Below, piece by piece: positions 45,924 to 54,276 of a DNA stretch of 64,000 nt. Each line of letters begins with the position of its first letter. Within the stretch, counting starts at the first letter, position 1. This stretch comes from Candidatus Pacearchaeota archaeon (GTDB lineage Archaea; Nanobdellota; Nanobdellia; Pacearchaeales; GW2011-AR1). A model generated the notes under the pieces. That model made no database searches. It saw only the letters and a program-made list of their open reading frames with translations, and had not been told where the DNA came from. The position numbers and the translations under genes were made by a program. Where the stretch lies: assembly GCA_023133415.1 (NCBI GenBank), contig JAGLWM010000005.1:4602-68601 (forward strand), written 5' to 3'.

Positions 45924-46342
45924 TTTTTATTTCCAAATTTAGTTATATAATCATCTAATATTTTCTTATGATCAAAAGCTAAGTCTGGTAAGTCGTCTAA
46001 TGGGAAAAATCTCGCGTCTTTTGCATCGTCAGCGGCCCTAAGCTCTCCGCTAAAATTTTTTACAACATAAACATGGGTAATGTAATGTCCTCTTGGGTCT
46101 CTATCTGGCTCTGAATAAGCTCCAACTAGTTCAAGGTCAGAAAGATTTACTTTTAAGTTTGTTTCTTCAAATAATTCTCTCGCAGCAGCTTTCTCGGTTG
46201 TTTCTTCCCCATAATTAATATGTCCTCCTGGAAATGCCCACATATCTCTGAATGGCTTAATCTCTCTTTTAATTAAAAGAATTTGGCTTTGTTTTTTAAC
46301 AACGATATCTACAGTTGTACAAGGATTTCTATACTCGGTCAT
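45920..46342 (-). CDS. NUDIX hydrolase (ADP-ribose pyrophosphatase-like)
   Basis: 'FPGGHINYGEET..AAARELFEET', 'RDPRGH', 'LAFDH'. Confidence 0.88.
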   Translation of the reverse strand: MTEYRNPCTTVDIVVKKQSQILLIKREIKPFRDMWAFPGGHINYGEETTEKAAARELFEETNLKVNLSDLELVGAYSEPDRDPRGHYITHVYVVKNFSGELRAADDAKDARFFPLDDLPDLAFDHKKILDDYITKFGNKK

Positions 46343-46895
46343 TGTAAAGTCCCTCCCTAATTATATAATTTTCCACTTCCGTGAAAACTAATCTAGAGAT
46401 AGGTTTGCCCTTAGCAACTCTCTCTCTTATCTCCGTCGAAGATACTTCAAAAAAAGATCCTCTTTGGACTGTCATATCTTGGGGTTCTTTTCGAATTAAA
46501 TAGCCTTTTCTTTCGAAAACAAGGAAGTTAACTAGCTCCACCAATTCTTCATTCTTTTTCCAGTAGGGCAAATCAGGTAAAACATCAGAACCAATAATGA
46601 AATAAAAATCATGGTTGAATTCTTTCTTTAATTTCCGTACAGTATCAATAGTATAATTAATACCTTTAGAATTCAGTTCAACACGATTAATTTTGACACT
46701 ATCTATTTCTTTAATTGCATATTCAATCATCCTAATCCTTTGCTCAGAATTTAAAAGATTCTTACCAAAGGCATGTTCTTTACAAGGAATAATCCATACC
46801 TCTTCGACAACCTTGGATTCTAAAGTTTTATTGATAACTTCTATATGAGACTTGTGAATAGGATTAAAGCTACCGCCAAAAAGTCCTACTTTCAT
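46329..46895 (-). CDS. nadD: Nicotinate-nucleotide adenylyltransferase (bacterial NadD type)
   Basis: 'GGSFNPIH..H', 'YTIDT', 'IIGSD', 'VSSTEIR'. Confidence 0.92.
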   Translation of the reverse strand: MKVGLFGGSFNPIHKSHIEVINKTLESKVVEEVWIIPCKEHAFGKNLLNSEQRIRMIEYAIKEIDSVKINRVELNSKGINYTIDTVRKLKKEFNHDFYFIIGSDVLPDLPYWKKNEELVELVNFLVFERKGYLIRKEPQDMTVQRGSFFEVSSTEIRERVAKGKPISRLVFTEVENYIIREGLYNDRV

Positions 46896-47731
46896 TTTTC
46901 CACCTCATAAGATAAATTTAGTTCACCAATTAGGGGAATCTCTCTCTTGTGCTGCGTAATCCTGTGTCTTCTTGCCACATCATTAATAATTTCTTTCTTA
47001 AATCCTGTAATTTTTTGGATTTGTATTGAGGTATACTCCTGATCAAATCCATTTTGAATCAGTTCTGCCTGCTCGTAAGTATATCCGAGTTCTCTTTCAT
47101 CAGTCTGTCCCTTCCACAAGGCTGCAGTTGGAACCCTATTAACGAGATCTTCTGACACACCCAAATGTTTTGCCAAATCTTTCACTAATCTTTTTGGAAT
47201 ATTGCCCAAGATATTATTATCGACGGCACCATCCCCTCTTTTAGTAAAATACCCTAAAACATAATCCTCATCCTTGTTTCCTGTTCCCATCACTCTGCAG
47301 TTTTTAGCTGCAGCTACTCTGCTCAAAACGACTGCCCTTACTTCAGAATATAAATTACCTCTATGAAATTCTCCCTTAATGTCTAGGATTTGGTGTGCAA
47401 ATGCTTCAGCTATCGGTTCAATTGGAATAACCAGTGATTCAATTCCAATATTTTTTGCTACTCTTAAGCCATCCTGTCTATCTACTTCACGATTTGCATT
47501 TGAGGGCATTATGACGCCATAAAGTTGTAATGGATTATTTAGATTTTCCTGATTATACATATTAAAAGCGTAATTGCACAGGTAGGCAATTGTTGTCGAA
47601 TCAACACCACCGCTTAAACCAACAACGCCACCGTCCGCACCAGTTCCTTTCGTAAACCTAATTATTTCTCTAGCTAATTCGTCGATTGCCTTTTCTACAC
47701 CATTAGTAAAATATGCTCTTTTTATTTTCAT
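46892..47731 (-). CDS. nadE: NH3-dependent NAD synthetase
   Basis: 'GLSGGVDS', 'GTGNKDE..LGYFTKRGDG', 'PTAALWKGQTDE.ELG'. Start set at the ATGA overlap. Confidence 0.93.
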   Translation of the reverse strand: MKIKRAYFTNGVEKAIDELAREIIRFTKGTGADGGVVGLSGGVDSTTIAYLCNYAFNMYNQENLNNPLQLYGVIMPSNANREVDRQDGLRVAKNIGIESLVIPIEPIAEAFAHQILDIKGEFHRGNLYSEVRAVVLSRVAAAKNCRVMGTGNKDEDYVLGYFTKRGDGAVDNNILGNIPKRLVKDLAKHLGVSEDLVNRVPTAALWKGQTDERELGYTYEQAELIQNGFDQEYTSIQIQKITGFKKEIINDVARRHRITQHKREIPLIGELNLSYEVEK

Positions 47732-48642
47732 TTTTCTGCCTCCAATAAATACGGAGTTAAACACAGCCTACAAAATTTATCTCCTCGCATAAATTCCTCA
47801 ATTTTATCATCTGTATTAGCAAGCAAAAAAACATCACTAACCTTTAGATTCAAATCATGCTTTTCATTTATTTCCTTAATTATCTTTTCTTGTATCGGTC
47901 TATATTTTTTGTACAACTGTCCTGGCTTAATTCTATCCAGAATTCTATCAGTTACAACTAACGAAAAAATATTCTTAAACCACTTATTCGCAATCAATGT
48001 TTTTAGAGGTTTTCTGGTAAAGGTAAAACCTGATCTTAGGTAATACATGCCAAACGGCTTACTCATTGAAGCAACAACCGCGACTACATTGGGATGGCTA
48101 ACATCAATTGCGTAGTGTCTCGTCATACCTAAATATGCTAGGTCATAAATCACCTTGTGGGTCTCACAAATTTTCTCGACCACTTCATTCTTTATTATAT
48201 TACCGTCTCTACCAGAAGGATTCGATATAAAAAAATATCCTGGTTTCAATTTCGTAAAATCCTCGTCCTCATCAACTTCGACAATTTTTATATTGAGTCG
48301 AGTTGCATATTCTGAGTAACCCTCATACTCTCCGTCGAGAACATACACTACCACATCCGGGTTTTTTGTCTTAATTTCAGCAAGTAAATGAAATATACCC
48401 TGCCGCGATCCATCTGTAGAATAACTGTATTTAAAATCTTTCAATGCGGGGACATCGGCGGCATAATACTTGACAAATTTCTTGATAATCGGCTTGTCAA
48501 AATCATCCAAACCCGGATCAATTGAGCTTAAAAAAACGTCGTGTGGAAATTTTTCCGAAACTTCATCTATCACTTTCCTAACCTCAGGAAAATAATAACA
48601 ATAAACTCCCCTAATTGCATTCAGCTTATTCCGATTCTTCAT
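47728..48642 (-). CDS. PLP-dependent enzyme (class I/II aminotransferase fold, short)
   Basis: 'TDGSRQG', 'SNPSG', 'YDLAY', Schiff-base Lys in 'SMSKPFG..LRSG'. Confidence 0.75.
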   Translation of the reverse strand: MKNRNKLNAIRGVYCYYFPEVRKVIDEVSEKFPHDVFLSSIDPGLDDFDKPIIKKFVKYYAADVPALKDFKYSYSTDGSRQGIFHLLAEIKTKNPDVVVYVLDGEYEGYSEYATRLNIKIVEVDEDEDFTKLKPGYFFISNPSGRDGNIIKNEVVEKICETHKVIYDLAYLGMTRHYAIDVSHPNVVAVVASMSKPFGMYYLRSGFTFTRKPLKTLIANKWFKNIFSLVVTDRILDRIKPGQLYKKYRPIQEKIIKEINEKHDLNLKVSDVFLLANTDDKIEEFMRGDKFCRLCLTPYLLEAEK

Positions 48643-49505
48643 ATTAAAATTGCCCCCTTATATTGCCAGTCATATCTTAGATGTCCATCTGGGAAAAAGA
48701 TAATTTGTCGAACATCTTCCTTGCTTGATTCAATTGTTAATGCATTTGTCAAGCAAATATTTTGACCCTCAAAATCATAAATAACGGCTCCATGAGCAAG
48801 CGTAAGCAACTGATTTCCATTTTTCCTAATAAATGATTCAATCTTATCGTAATCATCGTCACTAAGTATATTGTTTATTGTCCACTCATAAACTTTCTTA
48901 CATTTAGATTTCTGTGGTACCGCAAGTTTCCTAAGGCTTAATTGTTCAACATTCCATTTCTTGGTTATCTCTATCAAAGCTCTTGCTTCGTTTTCACTAT
49001 CTACAAAACCCTTAATTAAAGTACAGCTAAATCTCACAGTATATCCAATCGCATGTAACTTGTCAACCAGTTTTTCCAAATCAATATATTCTCTATGTGG
49101 GGTAAAAATTTCCTTATTTTTTCCCTTATCATAATGAGCAATTGAAATCGCAATGGTGGTCAAGCCAAGCTTATACCATTCCTCTAAATGTTTATTGTAT
49201 TTCTTATCCAATAGAACAATTCCATTCGTCTGAATCTCAATAAAAGGAAACTCGAATCTTTTTAACTTCATTAAAAACTCTGTAATTTGTTCTGGAAAAA
49301 GAGTCGGTTCACCCTTACCTGTTATTAACACAGTACTCACACTATTCATCTTGGCAAAATTGCAGGCTTTCTCAAAATTTCTCCAATTAACAACTGGTTT
49401 CTCTTTGCCAATACCTTGTTTTGGAGTCATCTGGGAAACACAATAAGGACATTTGGCATTACAAGCCGAACTTCCTGCAACAATTGTAAATGTCTGTATT
49501 TTCAT
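48639..49505 (-). CDS. Radical SAM protein of unknown function
   Basis: 'CNAKCPYC' (CxxxCxxC), 'ITGKGEPT', 'EIQTNG'. Confidence 0.9.
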   Translation of the reverse strand: MKIQTFTIVAGSSACNAKCPYCVSQMTPKQGIGKEKPVVNWRNFEKACNFAKMNSVSTVLITGKGEPTLFPEQITEFLMKLKRFEFPFIEIQTNGIVLLDKKYNKHLEEWYKLGLTTIAISIAHYDKGKNKEIFTPHREYIDLEKLVDKLHAIGYTVRFSCTLIKGFVDSENEARALIEITKKWNVEQLSLRKLAVPQKSKCKKVYEWTINNILSDDDYDKIESFIRKNGNQLLTLAHGAVIYDFEGQNICLTNALTIESSKEDVRQIIFFPDGHLRYDWQYKGAILI

Positions 49506-50155
49506 ATTCTATCCTCTAAGATATTTTTAGTTGTTGTAAAATTAACTCCGGCATTTTTCCACTTTTCTAAAACTTTTTCGGTATCCAGGGGAGTTCCTGC
49601 TAGGTCTGGTAAATCTTTCATGGCGTCTATAATCGCGTAAACTGTCCTTCCTCTCTCAATGTTACCCATTACAGCGAAATCATTGCAAGCATTTAACGCA
49701 ACACCGTAAATTATAATCTTATCAGGATTCAAAATATTTATAGCCTTAGCAGCCAACGGATTACCGGCAAAAACATCAAACTTGTATTTTTCTATAACAA
49801 GATTTTCTGCTTCTCTTAATTTCTTAGTGTCTATTTTTTTTGCATCTCTTGTTAATCTGTATAGGTTTTCGGGACGAGTTGCAGGAACATATTCTGCACC
49901 ACGAGTATTTGCCATGCAATGAGGTGGATATGTATCTACAAAGTTTGGATTTTCTGCGTCAATCTCGTCATCTTCTAAAGTATGCCAATCTGCCGTATTC
50001 ACCACATAAATTTCATTTTGCTTAGCATATTTTGTCAGCTTGGCTAGATTGTCTTCTATTCCTCTCGCATTTGGAACTGGTAATGCACCCTTGAAGCTTT
50101 CGTCATCTCTCATAAAATCATACTGAGTATCTACATTCCAAAATATTTTTTTCAT
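49502..50155 (-). CDS. pncA: Nicotinamidase (isochorismatase fold)
   Basis: 'VDTQYDF', 'DWH', 'PPHC', 'GVALNAC'. Confidence 0.85.
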   Translation of the reverse strand: MKKIFWNVDTQYDFMRDDESFKGALPVPNARGIEDNLAKLTKYAKQNEIYVVNTADWHTLEDDEIDAENPNFVDTYPPHCMANTRGAEYVPATRPENLYRLTRDAKKIDTKKLREAENLVIEKYKFDVFAGNPLAAKAINILNPDKIIIYGVALNACNDFAVMGNIERGRTVYAIIDAMKDLPDLAGTPLDTEKVLEKWKNAGVNFTTTKNILEDRI

Positions 50156-51300
50156 AAGATTTCCTCCAACCTATCACCAGGCAATTCCGTTCGACCAACT
50201 TTTGAGTTAGGAATCCAAATCTGTTTATTCTCATCAAAATATGCACAAATGTCAGACGTTGTCATTATCAAATTTTTTAATCCAAAACTTCCAGTCCCAA
50301 TCGCATCAAATAAAGGCTTGTCATACATTTTCTGATAAATTTTATCAGCTTCTATGAAAGCCGTAGTTTTATTTGCATTAAAGCCACTTGATACAAACAA
50401 TTTTAGATTGCCCAGGTCAGCATTGTCTAAACCTTTTCTCAGACCCCAAACACTTGCTATTGTAACACCTTTGCCTTGTTTATATTTTTTGGAAACATTT
50501 AATTTTGGAAGTTTAACATTCTGGCTCGCTTCTGTATAATTTTCACCACAAGTATCAATTCTAGTTCCAGAAACTGGTATACCTTCTCTTGCAGTCTCAA
50601 CTATGTCTGACAATTCTCGGTTAAATGTGCAACCTAAGATTGTTCGAGGAACTTCTTTTGTTATATGTTTATCAAAAGCTTTTGCGGCCTCAACAGTTGG
50701 ATTACCATCAATATTATTTTGCTCCATGTGTGCTTTATAGGCTAAGAATAGTGCATGGGGTGTTGTTCCCAATCCTACGTTACCCCAAGCCTTAGCGCCA
50801 ATATCTGTTGATGTTCCAGCGAAGCCTTCTTCTTGGCAAATTTTTGCGATTTCTGGGATTAGGTGTGGAGCGAAATGTCGTGCGCTAAAATCAAAAACCG
50901 GCTTACCCTCAGCAGCCTGATAAATATCCCTTGCACCCTGTCTTAAAGCATCCAAATCAACGTCCCCGGTTAAAGCACCAGAAGTTATACTCAAATAAAT
51001 TGTCTCAAGATCAATATAATCCTGAACCCGTCCCTCCATCTTTATCATAGATTCCCCAGTAGCGTACTTCTGACCATTCTTAAGAGTATAAACCTTCCCC
51101 CTATCTCCAACAGAATTCTTAATAAAAGCTGCAGCCTCATCCACTCCCTCAAGCTCGGCAACATCTCGTCTAGCAAAAACCTGATACCTCACAATCGGAT
51201 TAATATTCTCAGCCTCTAATATTTCTTTACTTCGAAGGAAATACTTGTCGGTATATTCTAGACGTTTTTCAATTATTTGTGTTTGTGTTGTGTTTACCAT
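50152..51300 (-). CDS. pncB: Nicotinate phosphoribosyltransferase-like protein
   Basis: 'TDKYF', 'DFSARH', 'GTTPHA', 'RIDTCGE', 'VSSGF', 'KVGR'. Confidence 0.8.
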   Translation of the reverse strand: MVNTTQTQIIEKRLEYTDKYFLRSKEILEAENINPIVRYQVFARRDVAELEGVDEAAAFIKNSVGDRGKVYTLKNGQKYATGESMIKMEGRVQDYIDLETIYLSITSGALTGDVDLDALRQGARDIYQAAEGKPVFDFSARHFAPHLIPEIAKICQEEGFAGTSTDIGAKAWGNVGLGTTPHALFLAYKAHMEQNNIDGNPTVEAAKAFDKHITKEVPRTILGCTFNRELSDIVETAREGIPVSGTRIDTCGENYTEASQNVKLPKLNVSKKYKQGKGVTIASVWGLRKGLDNADLGNLKLFVSSGFNANKTTAFIEADKIYQKMYDKPLFDAIGTGSFGLKNLIMTTSDICAYFDENKQIWIPNSKVGRTELPGDRLEEIL

Positions 51301-51308
51301 AAGTTATT

Positions 51309-51366
51309 GTATGATATACACTATATAAAGACTATTGTGATTAAGTATATGTATTATTTACACTAA
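51309..51366. promoter_or_regulatory. Two candidate NrtR operators (GT-N7-AC) flanking the pncB TATA box
   Basis: GTATGATATACACTA (51309) and GTATTATTTACACTA (51351), 42 bp apart, on either side of a minus-strand TTTATATA at 51322-51329. Confidence 0.6.
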
Positions 51367-51501
51367 GTATGAGATAAATATTAAAGAATTTACCTAAAAA
51401 ACTATCACGCCCTACCTGGGTGTCTCAAATTCAACCAATTTCCATTTCCACCATTTCTTAAAAATTTGTAAAAATTGATGTCAGCAACGATAAACTAGAT
51501 G

Positions 51502-51560
51502 ACCACAACACTTATAACGTCCACCCATGAAAGTTTCAAAAGTCCTGTACGCCCCAACCG
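51502..51560 (+). repeat. att-like site at the tRNA: left arm plus core
   Basis: The core 51550-51560 is the tRNA 3' end; the arm is duplicated at 42871-42918. Confidence 0.88.
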
Positions 51561-51621
51561 GGGATTGAACCCGGATCTCGGCCGCGACAGGGCCGTGTAC
51601 TAACCACTATACTATTGAGGC
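51550..51621 (-). tRNA. tRNA-Asp(GTC), CCA not encoded
   Basis: GCCTCAA/TTGGGGC acceptor stem, CGGCC-CTGTCGC-GGCCG anticodon arm, GTTCAAT T-loop, G discriminator. Confidence 0.97.
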
Positions 51622-51937
51622 TTTGATTTGTTAACTTTTATCGAGCTAACTTTCGATAATATCTTGAGACTTACCGATAGAGTATGAGTGTGTTTTTCTT
51701 TTATAAATTTAACTCTCTTTTGTGCTTTTATTAGACAGACGTGTTTTGTCGTAAGATTCGAATTGGGATGATGGTTGATTTCGACTTGTATTGTTGATAA
51801 CTTAATAGTATTTATGCTCGAATATTTGTCAAATGTTAAATTATATGTAAATATTTTTGGGTTAATGATATTTATTCGGTGATAAGAGCTTGGTTAATGT
51901 TGAGTTTGTTGTTATGGTATGACGTTGGTAATAGGTA

Positions 51938-52156
51938 TTGATGACAATGGTGAAAAATAGTAATAGTAGTGAGAAATCGGTTTTGAAGTTTCTTGGGAAG
52001 AATGATAATGGTTTGACGATTACTGAATTGGTTAGTTTGTCTAAATTTTCTCGTTCTACAATTAGGGTGGTTTTGGCTCGGCTTGAAGGCGCTAATAAAA
52101 TTTCTTTTAGGGAAATCGGGATGGCTAAGGTTTATGTTTTGGGAGGCGGGAAATGA
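51938..52156 (+). CDS. Small winged helix-turn-helix protein
   Basis: 'GLTITELVSLSKFSRSTIRVVLARLEG..KI...IGMAKVY'. Confidence 0.8.
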   Translation: MMTMVKNSNSSEKSVLKFLGKNDNGLTITELVSLSKFSRSTIRVVLARLEGANKISFREIGMAKVYVLGGGK

Positions 52157-54276
52157 ATAAAATTATTTTATCTGTTGTTTTGTTGTTTTGTATAGGCGGA
52201 GTTTTTGCCTCTTCGGTTTCGGTTTGGCAGGGGCAGTATTATACTGGGACGACTTTTAATAGTGGGACTTATACTTTTAATTTTACGGTATATGATGCTG
52301 AGACTGGAGGTAGTGCGTGTTTTAGTAATACTACTAGTTTGACTACTGGGCATTGGGGTCAGTGGCGAACGGAACAGAGTCCTTGGGACTCTTGTGACAA
52401 TGCTTCCAAAGAATATTTTTTGAATATAAATATTGCGGGTTCAGATCAAACTCCCAGGAGAAGATTAACTGTTTCTGATTTTTTGAGGCGTGATGTTTCT
52501 GGTGTTCAAGATGGGAATTTAGTTGTTAATGACAATGTTACGGCTGATTATTATTTTGGGAATGGGAGTTTTTTGGTTGGAATTAATGGGACTGGGGATA
52601 TAACTTCTGTGCATGGTGATAATATTTATATTTATAATGGGAGTGGTAGTGGGGATGTCGTTTTGGTTTTTAATGAGACTAAGTTAAATGCTACGATTGA
52701 TGATAGAGGAGCCGGCGGTGATAATTCTTCTTGGAATGAGAGTTATGCTGATGGGAAATATATTTTGCAATCTGAGGAGGGGAATTTGGATGTGAATTCT
52801 TCAATATACTCTAATTCTACGACTTGGTGGGCATCTGTTTCTTCTTGGTTATCTGGTTGGTTTGTGAATGATGGAGGGGTTTTGGAATTTAATGAGAGTA
52901 AGTTGAACGAGAGTATTGATTCAAAAATAGATGATATTCCGGATGTTGGTTGGTTAAATGATTCTTTTAGCACGAATACTTCTTTGAATGTAATTGTGGG
53001 GGGAAATATAACTACTTCTAATTATGGGTTTTTTGGAGAGATAGGTAGTTTTTTATCAAGAGTTGCAAAATTGTGGGTTGTGGATATTAATGCTAGTGGG
53101 GATGTTAGTATCGGAGAGAATTTGCAAGTGGGTCAAAATGTTAGCGCGGGTTGGTTTAATGGTTTGTTTAATTGGTTTATCGAGGATAATTCTTCTGGTT
53201 TTCTTTCTTTTAATGGTTCTGCCTTGGCCTTTAATGAGTCTCAGTTGGATAGTGAAATTGATTCTGGTATTGCGGCTTCTCAAGTCTTATATTCTCCGAA
53301 TAGTATAGAAACTATCGTCGGAACATTGGATGGGGGAAATTTGACTTCTATTGAGTCTATAAATGATGGGGATACATATAACGTTTCGGAAACAACGAGT
53401 GCACCTGGATTTGTGATTGTTGTTAATTTTAGTGATGTTGAAATTTTTAATCAAATTTATTTGGAAGAATATTATACGGGTAAGTCTGGGCATACGATAG
53501 AGATTCAGTTATATAATTTTAATGATTCGACTTATGATTCTTTTGGAAGTTTTTCTAATCAGGTAGATTTTAATTTTCATAGCTTGGAAGTTTTAGCTTA
53601 TCAGGATTATGTAAATGACTCTAATGTTAGTCTGAGGATTTATCATGTAGATTCCGGGAATCAAAATCATGATCTTTTTATTGATTATGTGGCTTTGAAG
53701 TATGATAGTGCGGGGGTCGTTATTACGGATCATGGTTCTTTAGGAGGTTTGGATAGCGATGACCATTTGCAATATTTGAGAACGGATGGGGCTAGGGTAA
53801 TGACTGGCAATTTGAATGCTTCGGTTTATAATATTACTTCGGTTTATATTTTTGCGAATGGTTCTCAGTTGACGGATGTCTGTTTGTCTAATGGGACGAA
53901 CTGTCTTTCTGCTGGCGATAATTCTTCTTGGAATGAGAGTTATGCTGATGGGAAATATATGAATTTGTCTGGAGGGAATGCCGATCAGGATATAAACGTA
54001 GCTCCATATAATTTTGAAGCGGGAAATGCAACTTTTACGCAGAAAATAACTTTTGCTTTTGGTGATGTAATTGATAATATCGTAAATACTTGGATTAGGG
54101 TTAGTGGAGGGTTGAATGTTACTCAGGGTTTAACTGTTGGGGGAGATGCTGATGTTGGGGGGAATGTCACGACTGAAGGAATTCTCTTAGAGCATGACCC
54201 CGTTAATCACAGAATTTATGATAATTCTACATGTGTGATAATAAGGGGGGATACATCTACAATGTATATTTGTTAA
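52153..54276 (+). CDS. Secreted Asn/Ser-rich surface protein
   Basis: Signal peptide, 'WQGQYY...YTFNFTVYDAETGG', many N-x-S/T sequons. Confidence 0.7.
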   Translation: MNKIILSVVLLFCIGGVFASSVSVWQGQYYTGTTFNSGTYTFNFTVYDAETGGSACFSNTTSLTTGHWGQWRTEQSPWDSCDNASKEYFLNINIAGSDQTPRRRLTVSDFLRRDVSGVQDGNLVVNDNVTADYYFGNGSFLVGINGTGDITSVHGDNIYIYNGSGSGDVVLVFNETKLNATIDDRGAGGDNSSWNESYADGKYILQSEEGNLDVNSSIYSNSTTWWASVSSWLSGWFVNDGGVLEFNESKLNESIDSKIDDIPDVGWLNDSFSTNTSLNVIVGGNITTSNYGFFGEIGSFLSRVAKLWVVDINASGDVSIGENLQVGQNVSAGWFNGLFNWFIEDNSSGFLSFNGSALAFNESQLDSEIDSGIAASQVLYSPNSIETIVGTLDGGNLTSIESINDGDTYNVSETTSAPGFVIVVNFSDVEIFNQIYLEEYYTGKSGHTIEIQLYNFNDSTYDSFGSFSNQVDFNFHSLEVLAYQDYVNDSNVSLRIYHVDSGNQNHDLFIDYVALKYDSAGVVITDHGSLGGLDSDDHLQYLRTDGARVMTGNLNASVYNITSVYIFANGSQLTDVCLSNGTNCLSAGDNSSWNESYADGKYMNLSGGNADQDINVAPYNFEAGNATFTQKITFAFGDVIDNIVNTWIRVSGGLNVTQGLTVGGDADVGGNVTTEGILLEHDPVNHRIYDNSTCVIIRGDTSTMYIC
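52720..53960 (+). repeat. Identical 44-bp intragenic direct repeat (52720-52763, 53917-53960)
   Basis: GATAATTCTTCTTGGAATGAGAGTTATGCTGATGGGAAATATAT (DNSSWNESYADGKY) twice. Confidence 0.85.

Larger units (their letters stand above)
37896..51560. mobile_element. Tandem array of small cassettes integrated at the tRNA-Asp 3' end
   Basis: Six direct copies of the tRNA 3'-end core (39094, 40254, 41275, 42919, 44371, 51550) with shared arms; loss of host strand bias. Confidence 0.85.

Noticed and set aside
39094-51560. Repeated CGCCCCAACCG motifs as a CRISPR array
   Set aside because: The intervals are 1-7 kb and contain genes, the repeat equals the tRNA 3' end, and no cas genes are present.
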